NCBI GenBank assembly: GCA_951406725.2
Contig: OX597842.1
Location: forward strand, 2,542,001-2,606,000
Direction of reading: 5' to 3'
DNA from: Octopus vulgaris
Lineage: Eukaryota
Length of the DNA stretch: 64,000 nt
The position numbers and the translations under genes are program-made. The notes under the pieces were generated by a model. The model had not been told where the DNA came from and made no database searches. It was given only the letters and a program-made list of their open reading frames with translations. This document shows positions 11,095-24,063 of this stretch, one piece after another (the first letter of the stretch is position 1; each line of letters opens with the position of its first letter).

Positions 11095-12001
11095 GTTTCT
11101 TTATGTTTCTTTATTAACCACAGAGGGCTGAACACAGTTGGGACAAATTATAAAGTAGAGCTTTTCTTTTTGGTGAGAAAAAAATGTGGGGTAGGTTTTC
11201 GATCAAGAGGGATTGTAAAAAGGAAAGGGAAGAAACCAATCAATAGGGATCGTGTATCACAGAAATGTCATGGTGGGAAGTGTAAAGGGGGAAGCAGATA
11301 AGGTTTATCCGTGGAAAGAAAGCCCTACGGAAAAGACCACGGTAACCTCGGTCAATAATGTCACATATTAACACATTTATTTGCAAGTAAGTAACCCTCT
11401 GCTTTAAATTTTTCCGAGTTCATAGGATTATGCTCAAGGTGGCTTCGTCATTCATACGTGCCATCCTTGCTACATTCACCCATCATTTATTGAAACATTC
11501 GCTAGACAAAACTTGCCTCTCTACTCTCACTTTCCTTTTCAAGTGATACTTGAAGAAGTTGATGAGAGATTGACCAGAGAGGAAAGTGTTTGTCTCCAAT
11601 CCTTTCAGACGCGTCCACCAGATACATTCTTTCGCCATAGCCACAAGGATGATAAAAATAGCTTTTCCTTCCTGTTTGAAGGAAGGAGGCTTGACGATAT
11701 TGATGATAGACTCGGCTGATAAACCGGCTCGTCCCACACGTGACAGCAGTCATTCAACATAAGCCCACTGGTCGGAAATTGTTGGACACTGCACAAGTGC
11801 GTGCAGAATGGTTTCGTTGTTCTGACCGCATCTCGGGCAGGTCGGCCCCGTGTTTCTCGAGCCATGTCTGTAGAGCTTATTCCAAACAGGTAGCGCTTTT
11901 CGGTAGCACTGCCAGGCCAGGGATATCTGGAAGTTGTCTGTAGGTTCTGGCCTGAAAGTCGTCCTTAACAGGCGGGTCAGGTATTCCTCATCGACGCCCA
12001 A
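11095..12001 (-). mobile_element. 5'-truncated L1/Tx1-like LINE: ORF2 C-terminal CCHC zinc-binding region plus 3' UTR (pseudogenised)
   Basis: ORFs 11750-12001 and 11483-11737 are in frame across a stop: LAWQCYRKALPV...CPRCGQNNETILHALVQC (Cx2Cx8Hx4C)...AKECIWWTR, typical of L1/Tx1 ORF2 C-termini. The UTR ends AATAAAGAAAC. Confidence 0.8.
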
Positions 12002-12144
12002 GACAGATAGACAGACAGAAGGGTAGGTAGAGTAACAGGCAGAAAATCAGACACAAACAGGTAGATAGACAGACAGATGGATTAAATTGATAAATCCACT
12101 TGCAGATAAACAAACAGACAAATAAACAGATAGATGGTCATATA

Positions 12145-12470
12145 TCATCATCATCATCATCGTTTAACGTCCGTTCTCCATGCTAGCATGGGTTGGACGG
12201 TTCGACTGGGGATCTGGGAAGCCAGAAGGCTGCACCAGGCTCCAGTCTTATCTGGCAATGTTTCTACAGCTGGATGCCCTTCCTAACGCCAACCACTCCG
12301 TGAGTGTAGTGGGTGCTTTTTACGTGCCACCTGCACAGGTGCCAGGCGAGGCTGGCAACGGCCACGGTCGGACTGGTGTATTTTATGTGCCACCGGCACG
12401 GAAGCCAGTCGAGGTGGCGCTGGCATCAGCCACGAATCGGATAGTGCTTTTTACGTACCACCAGACCAGA
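12145..12470 (-). mobile_element. SINE-like family C
   Basis: (CAT)n followed by CGTTTAACGTCC...GGATGCCCTTCCTAACGCC and internal GTGCCACCGGCAC repeats. Confidence 0.75.
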
Positions 12471-12612
12471 GATCCTGGCTTGTTCAATTCGGTCAGCAAA
12501 AATTTAGATTCAAATGAATATGGTACTTAATTTAGATGCACCAGAATTCTGTATGGTGTTATCCATAAAAATCCGCAGGGTGATTATAATCAAAATAAGC
12601 AACAAGAATGAC

Positions 12613-12694
12613 TTGGTACGATCGTTTCGTACTACATCATTTTATTAAATGTTGTGTTAGAACAGTTTTAAAATGCTGAGCACTCATCAGCCAA
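12613..12694 (-). ncRNA. Minimal type-I hammerhead ribozyme with intact catalytic core and long stem II, inside a Penelope-like repeat (~12585-12803)
   Basis: Minus strand: ttgg-CTGATGA-gtgct-(~49 nt AT-rich hairpin)-agtac-GAAAC-GATC-GTA-ccaa. All conserved core nucleotides are present; GUA cleavage triplet. Confidence 0.75.
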
Positions 12695-13430
12695 TTATAG
12701 AGGTTTTCCATTAATACAAGAATTTTCAAATGAAGTGGCAACATTATAGAGAAGGTAGATATATAGACAAAGATGTGGATTTAAATTTTAAGAACATATG
12801 AGGTAGTGGAGGTCTGCTTTGGTATGGTTTCTACAGCTGGATACCCTTCCTAATTCCACCCACTTTATAGAGTATACTGGGTGCTTCCCTAAGCGGCACC
12901 AGCACGGATGCTATTTCCATGGCACCAGCATCTGTAAATTTTCTTTAGCGCCAGCAAAGGTGCTTTTTACCAGAGAAACTATGGCGTATCCTTCCACGGG
13001 GTAACATATAGCAGCAAAATTAGACAACTTTGAACAAGGGTTCACTGTGTATCACATAACAATGCTCCATTCAGAACGCTGTTGACGATGTGTTAGTAAG
13101 TGTCAATTTGACGACGTCAATGTTGATGATGACGGCAGTGAGGTTGAAGGTGACGGTGGTGATGTTGATGATGATGATGATGATGGTTATGATTACGGTG
13201 GCAATGTAATATATTAATGTATTGTCTCACACTGAATATGCGATGGTTGACAGCACAATTATTTTATAAGGCATAGAATTAACAAAAGAGATCCCCAGAG
13301 AATTTGGAGTGTGTGTGTGTGTGTTGAAAGTTATGTAGATTCTGGAGTCACGTGTTGAATCTCTGAGCATGTGTATGTGTGTATATATATATATATACAC
13401 ACATGAGAGAGAGAGAGAGAGGTGTATATG

Positions 13431-13473
<43 letters not shown>

Positions 13474-13530
13474 TGAAATGTATGTGTGTGTGTGTATATA
13501 TATATAGAGAGAGAGAGAGAGGGAGAGATA

Positions 13531-13593
<63 letters not shown>

Positions 13594-13808
13594 GGAGAGA
13601 TATGTGTGTATATATATATAGAGTGAGAGGCAGGCAGACAGACAGATATGTAGAGATGTGTATATATATGTTTGTAAATATATATATGTGTGTGTGTATG
13701 CATGCATATACACATACATATACATACATATCTGTATGTATATATCTATGCATATCTGTTGAAAATTTATGCCCGTATATATTGATAGATATACATCTAT
13801 ATGTATGT

Positions 13809-13865
<57 letters not shown>

Positions 13866-14100
13866 AGTATGTATACACATACATATGTGTGTTCACATAT
13901 TTATGTTTCTGTATAGTTATGTAAATGTATGTATATAATTGTTGATATATATAGATAGATAGATGCAAATGTATCTACATACACACATATACACAAGCAC
14001 ACACTGACACATACATATAAATGTATGTATATCTATCTATATATATGTTTAGAGAATATGTATTGACATTTATGGACATGTGAATATAAGTATGTTTGAA

Positions 14101-14151
<51 letters not shown>

Positions 14152-14259
14152 TAAATGTATACAAGCTTATAAAGGTGTATATATACATGTGTTTGTGTAT
14201 GGATGCATAACTGTAAGCATTTGTATGTGACCATGTACACATATTTATATATATCTATA

Positions 14260-14613
14260 TCTATATACACACACATATATACATACATATATATTTATAT
14301 ATATATATACATACATATATATTTATATATATATATACATATATACATACATATATTTATATGTATATATATATACATACATATATATTTATATACATAT
14401 ATACATATATACATACATATATACATATATACATACATATATACATATATACATACATATATACATATATACATACATATATGTTTATATATATGTTTAT
14501 ATATATATACATATATACATACATATATATTTATATACATATATACATATATACATACATATATACATATATACATACATATATACATGCATATATACAT
14601 ACATACATATATG

Positions 14614-14650
<37 letters not shown>
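14260..14650. repeat. (TA)n/(TACA)n microsatellite
   Basis: Direct inspection. Confidence 0.95.
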
Positions 14651-14652
<2 letters not shown>

Positions 14653-14839
14653 CACACAAGCATACACACTCTGTATATACATACATACACATCTGGAAAG
14701 GCTGCTCATAGTAACAGAATTCCACAGACACCCAGCACTCCCCCCCATCCACCCCTGTCTCCTTCGCTGTTTAGTTGCAGTTTTCCAATTAATTCTAACT
14801 ATTTCTCATCGTTAATACAGTCTCGTTATAGCATTCAAT

Positions 14840-14857
14840 CAGCGCCACCTGGTGTCA
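14840..14857 (-). promoter_or_regulatory. Candidate CTCF site
   Basis: Minus strand TGACACCAGGTGGCGCTG closely matches the bilaterian CTCF core CCACCAGRKGGCGC; lies in unique sequence. Confidence 0.45.
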
Positions 14858-15354
14858 CTTTTCCTTTTGCTTTTTAATATGGTTGCATAGTTTTTGGATT
14901 TAATTCCTGCTAGATATGACAATTTTGTGTTTTAATGTAAAACTGAGGGTGTGGGTTCAAATCCTGGTAAGGTTTAGTATTCTTAGTCTCCATGTCTTTC
15001 ATGTTTTTACTTGTTTCTGTCATTGGGCTGCAGCCATACTGGGGCAATGCATTGAAGGATATAGTTGAAAAAAATCTACCCATGTATGGATTTTTAAAGT
15101 CTGGTACTTATTCTATCAGTTTGTTTTGCTGAACTACTGAGTTATGGGGATGTAAACAAACCAATACCGGTTCTCAAATGGTTGTGGGCAACAAGCACAA
15201 ACTCAGAGACAGTCATGTGTGTGTGAGATAGTGTGTGTGTGTGTGAGAGAGAGTGTGTACATGCATGCATGTATGTATGTATGTATGTGTGTATGCATGC
15301 ATGTATGTATGTATGTAAGTTTGTATGTATGTATATATGTATGTATGTATGTAC

Positions 15355-15898
15355 AGTTGTGAAAATCAGCTGCCCAGCAGATGTTAACACAAAGCTGAAG
15401 ATCAGTGAAAAAGAGAATAACTGTGCTGAACTATTGAGAAATCTGTAGTTACTCTATCCAGATTACAAGTTCAGGTTTATACCTGTAATTATTGGGGTCC
15501 TAGGATATATAACACACCACCTGAATACCAGTCTTGAGCAATTAACCTTCTCAAAACTAGAAAGGAGAAAGCTAATTCGAAGACTACAGATGCAATCCAT
15601 CACTGGAACTGTCAAAATCTGCAAAACTTTCCAGATGTTTATCACTTAGGTATATATGAGCATGTCTAGATATGCAACTATATGCACGAATATACATTCA
15701 TAAAGCAAAGCATACAAATCTGCACATATACGTACATACAAACAAGCATACATACATACAAACAAACAAACGAACAAACATACCTTGTTGCTGTTGTTAG
15801 AATTCCTGTGAAGGAGTCTTGGATCTAAGTGTTCTCTTTCTCTATTGGTAAGAAATCTTGAAATAAACTGAATAATGACATATATACATACATGCAAA

Positions 15899-15939
<41 letters not shown>

Positions 15940-16190
15940 TGCCTAAATACCAATCTTGAAATGTTAGGTTTCTCAAAACCAGAAAAGAGAAAGCTAATTT
16001 GAAGACTACAGATCCAATCCAATCCATCACTGGAACTGTAAAGATCTGTAAAACTTTCCAGAAGTTTATCATTGAAATATATATGAGCTGATGCTGTGTA
16101 AAGAGAATCTGTGCTAGATATACAACTATATGAATGAGAGGACATGCATAAATCAAAAGATACAAATCTGCACATATACATACATACAGG
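15355..16190 (+). mobile_element. Two decayed 3' fragments of a restriction-like-endonuclease (R4-clade-like) LINE
   Basis: Translates VKISCPADVNTKLKISEKENN...LLYPDYKFRFIPVIIGVLG...ITGTVKICKTF; the 3' part is repeated at ~15945-16190; flanked by (TACA)n/(CA)n. Confidence 0.65.
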
Positions 16191-17059
16191 CAGGATAAAT
16201 GTTGTTTATGGTTGTAAAAAGGGGGAAAACTATAAACCAGATTAGTAACATCGCCATCAATGATTTGACTGTTTCCTCTGAATAAAAGTACCTGTGGAGT
16301 GCTCAGCCACTTGCAAGTAAGTTTCAGGGGCAGGCTGTCCCTTTGATTGAATCAACAGGAATCCTTATGATCATAATTGACGGAGCATCAGTTTTAAGTG
16401 ACGGTGCATGGCTTGGCAGTTAGAGCACTTGGCTCACAATCATAAGGTCTTCAGTTCAATTCCCAATTACATGTTGTGTCCTTAAGCAAGACACTTTATT
16501 TTACATTACTCCTGTCCACTCAGCTGGCAAAAATGAGGTGTACCTGTGATACAAAAGGGGCCAGCCTTGTCACATTCTCTGTCACAATCTCTCTAGGAAC
16601 TACATTAAGGGGACACATGTCTGTAGAGTGCCATTCCGTTGATTGGATCAACTGGAACCCTCGTTGTTGTAATCAACAGAATACCAGTTTTCTTTGCTCA
16701 TATACATGTTCATGAAGATAATTATTGATCTGTACATCCATCTATCTGTCTCTGTTTGTCTATGTATCTATTTTCATACATACACACATATATATTCATG
16801 TATGCATAAATATATATCTACTGTATATTGTGAAAAGGGCAGACGTTGTCTCACATGCAGTTGTGCAGGCAAAAGTGTTAGTAAATGTGATCGGATTGAG
16901 CTGAAAATTTGCACACCTAACTTTGAGTTTGCTTAATTGAAAGATGTGGTCCCTAGGGCAAAATGCCTCATCTTTTATAATATGACCTGAGTAAGCCCAA
17001 ATGAAATCAGGTTATAATACTAGTATATATATATATATAAATGTGTATTTTTCTTTTTT

Positions 17060-17465
17060 TGTTTTGCTTGTTCAAATCATATGACTGCAGCCATGCTGGA
17101 GCACTGCCTTGAAGGGTTTTAGTCAAACAAATTGACTCCCAGGACTTATTTTTTTAAGTCTAATACTTATTTTATTGGTTTCTTTTGTCAAACCGCTAAG
17201 TTACAGAGACATAAACACACCAACACCAGTTGCCAAGCGGTGATGGTGGATAGGGGAGAAATACAGACTCCCACACATAAATATATACATATATATATAC
17301 TCATATACGACAGGCTTCTTTCAGTTTCCATTGACCAAATCCACTCACAAGGCTTTGGTCGGCCCGAGGCTATAGTAGAAGACACTTGCCCAAGGTGCCA
17401 CACAGTGGGACTGAACCCAGAACCATGTGGTTGGGAAGCAAGACTCTTACTATACAGCCATGCCT
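17060..17465 (-). mobile_element. SINE family A
   Basis: Reverse complement of the family A unit. Confidence 0.8.
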
Positions 17466-17562
17466 TCACCATCTATACACGTGTGTGTGTGTGCATTTCA
17501 CATGGATTAAGTATTTTTAAATCAATTGCATTGTTGATATACAAACATGAACACATACACTC

Positions 17563-17604
<42 letters not shown>

Positions 17605-17645
17605 GTATGTGTATGTATATGTATGTATATATATATATATATATG

Positions 17646-17691
<46 letters not shown>

Positions 17692-17775
17692 TATTTATAT
17701 GTATGTATGTTTGTATATCTTACATTGTATATATACAATCAAATACTTATATACATTGTTCTCTACATGCACGAG

Positions 17776-17814
<39 letters not shown>

Positions 17815-18169
17815 ATATATACATACACACATACATATATGTGTGTGTATACATACAGTCACAAAATACATGCTCATACATATAACCATGCATAGGTATT
17901 TCAATTGCATTGCTTATATATATTTGTGTTTTTGTGTGTGTGTGCATATATATGTATATACACACACATGCATATACACATGTACATGCATGTATATAGG
18001 TAATTCATTTGCAATGTTTATATACTGTCATTCTCCTTTAGTTATTATATTCAACTGTGCATGCAGAAAATTAGTCCCCATTGTCAGGGGCAATCTGGGA
18101 GAGTGACAATTAGTTGCGAGAAGATGCTAATGATGACGATGACAATGCTACGCGTATATACATACATAA

Positions 18170-18209
<40 letters not shown>

Positions 18210-18520
18210 ATATACATGTGTTTTTATGTCTAATTATATCTACATCTCTATCTGTCTACATATATATGTGTGTGTGTGTGTGTATGTTTGCGTATGTGTG
18301 TGTGTATAAATTTATTTGTATAAATATGTATGTATGTATATATGTGTGTGTGTATATATGTATATATGTGAGTGTGTATGTATATATATATATATATACA
18401 AACACATATATATATATACATATATACACACACACACATATATATATACATATATATATACACACACATATATATACATACATATGCATATATATATATA
18501 TATATAATGCATAAATATAC

Positions 18521-18580
<60 letters not shown>

Positions 18581-18859
18581 ACGCATATGTATATATATAC
18601 ATACATGCATATATATACATAAATATATATACATGTACGTATATATATGTATGTATGTATATAAAATGCATGTGCATATTTTGTTGTGTGCAGATACATT
18701 GTGCTGCACCTTGGTTGCATTCAGGTGTGGTGGCAGTGATGGTGGGGAGACAATGGGATGCTCTGCTGGGGCTGAACTGTTTTAGCTTATTATGTTTGTA
18801 CATTTCTTTGCATTCTTCTCTTTGTGGAGTTGGCCATGGTGGTGGTGGTGGTTGTGGTT

Positions 18860-18874
18860 GAAGTAGTAGCAGCA

Positions 18875-18959
<85 letters not shown>

Positions 18960-18960
18960 C
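18860..18960. repeat. (CAG)n(TAG)n compound trinucleotide repeat
   Basis: Direct inspection. Confidence 0.95.
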
Positions 18961-19294
18961 CATACAAGTGGTGGTAATGGCTTATGGTGTAGCTGCAAGT
19001 ATAGTATAGTATAGGTTACAGTTGGCCATGGTATTAGTGGTGGATGTTGTGTTCATGTTATAGTGGTGACAAGGTTTGTAGCATGGGTAGTTGTCGCAGT
19101 AGTGGTCGATGTCAAGGTGTTTATGTAAGTTATTGATGTAGCTGTAATGGTCATTTCAGAGGTGGTGGTGGTTGTAGTTTAGGTGGTAGTTTCTATGGTT
19201 AATATGTATTGGTAGTAGTACATAATTCCATAAACTGCAGCAAATGGTTCGTGAGTTTATTATACATATGTGTGTATATATATATACACCTGTT

Positions 19295-19770
19295 TTTAGT
19301 TGTTCTGGTCATTGGACTGTGGCCATGCTGGGGCACCACCTTGAAGAATTTTTAGTTGAATAAATTGACCCCAGTGCTTATGTTTTTTGTTTGTTTTTTT
19401 AAAAGCCTGGTACGTATTCTCTTGGTGACTTTTGCTGAACTGCTAAGTCACGGGGATGTAAACACACTAACACTGGTTGTCAAGCAGTAGTGGAGAAAAA
19501 ACGCATACACAAAGACACACGTTCATAGATATACATACGTAGGTATAAATAGATAGATAGACAGACAGAGAGACAGACAGATAGATAGATAGATACAGAG
19601 AGAGATTGATAAATGGACAGGCAGACAGAGAGATAGATAGGTAGATAGGTAAATAGACAGACAGATAGATATAGATAGATAGATAGATAGAAAGATAGAT
19701 AGATAGATAGATAAAGACAGACAGACAGATAGATAGATACACACATAGATAGATACATAGACAGATACAC

Positions 19771-19808
<38 letters not shown>

Positions 19809-20018
19809 ATAGACAGACAGATAGATAGAGAGAGAGAGAGATTGTTGATTAGATAGATAGATAGACAAACACATATGTATACATCAGGCTTCTTTCAGTT
19901 TCCATCTACGAGATCCATTCACAAGACATCACTTTGCTCATGGTGATATGCGGTGGGATTGAACCTGGAATCATGTGGTTGGGCACATAGCTTCTTACCA
20001 CACAGCCACACCTGCACC
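19295..20018 (-). mobile_element. Old SINE family A copy with a ~320-bp (GATA/GACA)n expansion in its internal microsatellite
   Basis: Tail half 19295-19500, head half 19885-20018, (GATA)n between. Confidence 0.7.
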
Positions 20019-20044
20019 TATATATATATATATATCTTTCTCTT

Positions 20045-20236
20045 TTCTCTTTTACTTGTTTCAGTCATTTGACTGTGGCCATGCTGGAGCACCTCCTTTA
20101 ATCGAGCAACTCGACCCCGGGACTTATTCTTTGTAAGCCCAGTACTTATTCTATCAGTCTCTTTTTGCCGAACCGCTATGTAACGGGGACATAAACACAC
20201 CAGCATCGGTTGTCAAGCATTGCTAGGGGGACAAAC

Positions 20237-20305
<69 letters not shown>

Positions 20306-20465
20306 TACGACAGGCTTCTTTCGATTTCCGTCTACCAAATCCACTCACAAGGCATTGGTCGGCCCAGGGCTATAGCAGAAGACATTTGCTCAAGGTGCCA
20401 CGCAGTGGGACTGAACCCGGAACCATGTGGTTGGTTAGCAAACTACTTACCACACAGCCACTCCT
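20045..20465 (-). mobile_element. SINE family A, full-length
   Basis: Reverse complement of the family A unit. Confidence 0.85.
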
Positions 20466-21145
20466 ATATATATAAGGATGATACAGAGAAAGGGAGAGAG
20501 AGATAGTGTGTGTAATTAAATGAAAATAGGAAATGTATGTATGTATGGACATGTGTCTTTTTTTAACGAGTGTGATTGCGGTTAATTGTGGTGATAATGT
20601 TCTTTGTATCGTCGATGGTTTTCTTCTTTGGTAATGGTGGTGTTAGTGGTGGCGCCGGTGGTGACAGTGTTTATTCTGCGGTTTTCAATGTTGTACATAT
20701 GCTCGGAGAATTTGTGTGCATACATGCATACTTATATATATAAAACAACCACTCTCACCACACCCAACGCAAATATGTTTGTGTGTGTGTATGTGTGTGT
20801 GTCAATGTAGTATGATGTGTATATATCAATATTCACATGTGATGCACATGTGAGTAAATATATGTATATGTGTGCTTGTGTATATATATATATCTATATA
20901 CACACACACACACACATATATATGTGTATATATATATACATATACATACACACATATATATGTAAATATACATACACACACACATATATATATATATACA
21001 AACACATATACATATACATATATATATATATAATATATATATATACACACACATACATATACATATATGTACATATACATATTTACATTATATGTACATA
21101 TATATATATATATATACATAGACACATATATATATATACATATAC

Positions 21146-21199
<54 letters not shown>

Positions 21200-21499
21200 G
21201 ACACATACATATACATATATATACATATATACATTATATGTACATACTTACATACATATACATATACACATTATATGTACATACTTATATATAGCCTTAT
21301 ATATATATACACATATATATACATATATACATATATACACATATAAACATACTAACACATAGATAGAAACACGTTTTATTTCCTCCAACTTTCTTTTCTT
21401 TATGTCTTTTTTTTCCCTTTAAGTTCTTTTTGCATAGTTTCTCGGTGAATAAATATTCTTTGTGCCAAAAAACAAAAAAAAACACAAGAGAAAAATCCC

Positions 21500-21925
21500 A
21501 CAAAAATCCAGGAGTGAGGGCTATGGTTGGCTGCCTTACCACAGAGATAGGTGGCAGCAGTGTGGTAGGGGGTAACAGCAGCAATGACATCGAAACCAAT
21601 AACGACGGTGCCGTGCGAGAGCGTTGTGGGTGACAGGGTTCGGCGGAGGGGGTTTCGCGTGATTTTTAGGAGAGGCGCGCATACGCACAAATCGACAATC
21701 GAAGATGAGGACACGCTTCAGTGGTCGAGCTTTAAAAGGATCACAGAGGGCGCTTTATGCCAGATTCCGCTTCCCCCGTCCCCCTTCGACACCCCCTCCG
21801 CCCCCCTCGTCATTCTTCGTTTACGATTCTTTTGTCGATGTCTCGCATGCATGTGCGATGACAATTAGCTTGCTGGGGGTTTTTTTGTGTTTACGGCTCT
21901 GAGACAATACTGAGGAATGTAAGCA
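21500..21925. promoter_or_regulatory. CpG-rich unique island (candidate promoter or insulator element)
   Basis: About 29 CpGs by manual count in 21591-21895 against a CpG-poor background; CTCF-core-like TAGGTGGCAGCA (21548) and CAGAGGGCGC (21744); TTTCGCG (21653); possible donor AAT|GTAAGC at 21918/21919. Confidence 0.5.
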
Positions 21926-23849
21926 TGCATGAGTGTGTATATACATTACTTACGATGTATACATACATATACATACATATATGTATATATATGTATATAT
22001 AAAGGAAAATATGTATATATGTAAAATGTAAGCAAAAACATATGTGTGTGTATGAATGTATGTATAAAATAAATGTGTTTGTGTGAGTATGTATAAAACA
22101 ACCAATAAGTGTGTGTGTTTGTGTAAAAGGTAAGCAATATATATATATGTATATGTATATATATATGTCTAAAATAAGCTATATACATAAATAGATTACT
22201 TTATGTGTTTTTGTGTGTGTGTGTGTGTGTATATATGTATGTAAGTAAGAATGTATACAGATATATACACATGTATATGCGTATATATGCATGTATAGAC
22301 ATGCATGTGCATGAATATATAAGTGTGTTGTAGACATTCATATGGATATATATATGTAAGTATGTGTAGACATATATATATATATATATATATACACATA
22401 CTCATGAGTGTATAAAGACATGTATGTATATATGCATGCACACAAACATATATATACAAGTATACACACACTCATACACCCACATGTATTTGCTCATATG
22501 TACATACATACATACATACATACCTACATACATACATACCTACCTACATATATATACTTACAAACATATATACATACATATATACATACAGACATAAATA
22601 CATACATATATACATACATAAATACATACATATATACATAAATACATACATATATACATACATAAATACATACATACATACATACATAAATACATACATA
22701 TATACATAAATACATACATATATACATACATAAATACATACATACATACACACATACATACATACACACATACACACATACATGCATACATACGTACATA
22801 CATACATGTAAAAATACGAACGCAAATACACACTGTCAAATAGGGAATTAAAGATCACTCACCCGGAATCTACAGTGAATGTATGGGGGTGGGGGAGCTG
22901 GCCCCAGCACACCCTGTATCTACCCCCAGCCCCTCGTTTTTATTCAGGTTTCTATTTTAAGAAGCTTTATTTCATGTTTGTAAATATTGTTTTTTTGTGT
23001 TTACACAGTTTTTGTTTGTATTCCTGATTGCTAATTTTATTTTAATTTGTCAGGTAGCTGTGTGTATAGGTGGGTGTATATACGTGTGGGTGTATACATG
23101 TAGGTGTTGTCATTATGTTGTGATCTGTCTTTTTTAATCACTGCTGCTCAATGAATGGGTGTATATGTGTGTATGTGTGTACGTGTCTGTGTGTCTTTGT
23201 ATGCATGTATGTGTGTCAGTGTATGTATGTTTGTACTTATGTATGAGTGTATGTCTCTATGTATGTATGTGTGTGTATGTATATGTTTATCTCTGTGTGT
23301 ATGTATGTATGAGATTGTATATATATATGTGTGTGTATGTTTCTATGGATGTATGTACATGTCTATGGATGTATGTCTGTGTGTGTGTATGTATGAGTTT
23401 ATATATATGTGTGTGTGTGCATATATATGTTCGTATGGATGTATGTACATGTGTATGGATGTGTCTGTCTATGTAAGTATGTATTTGTTGTCTATGTGTG
23501 TATGTAGGAGCTTGTCTATATATATATATATATATGCGTGTGTGTGTGTCTGTGTGTGTGTATGTTTGTATGGGTGTATGAACATTTGCATGGATGTGTG
23601 TCTTTGTCTATACATGTATGTATGTATGTATGTATGTATGTGAATGCTTTTCTATGCGTGTATGAGCTTGTATATATATGTGTGTGTGTGTATGTATGTG
23701 TACATCTGTACACATACACATATATATATGTACACACTCGTGTGTATGTATAAATTTGTATATATATATATATGTATATATGTGTGTGTGTGTGTATGTG
23801 TTCATGCATGTACTTATATACGTATACTATACATGTATATGTATATATA

Positions 23850-24027
23850 GGCACAGGTGTGGCTCTGTGGTAAGAATCTGCTTTCCAATCACATAGTCCC
23901 AGGTTCAGTCTCACTGCATGGTACCTTCGTTAAGTATCCCTTATATCATAGCCCTGGGCTGACCAAAGCCTTGTAAGTGGATTTTGTTGATGGAAACTAA
24001 AAGAATCCTGTTGTATGTATGTATGTA

Positions 24028-24063
<36 letters not shown>

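Noticed and set aside
13024-13095. Candidate + strand exon ending at GTAAGT (13096)
   Set aside because: Stop codons in all three frames and no polypyrimidine tract
21584-21868. 94-aa ORF in the CpG island
   Set aside because: No recognisable domain; overlapping ORFs in several frames are expected in GC-rich DNA
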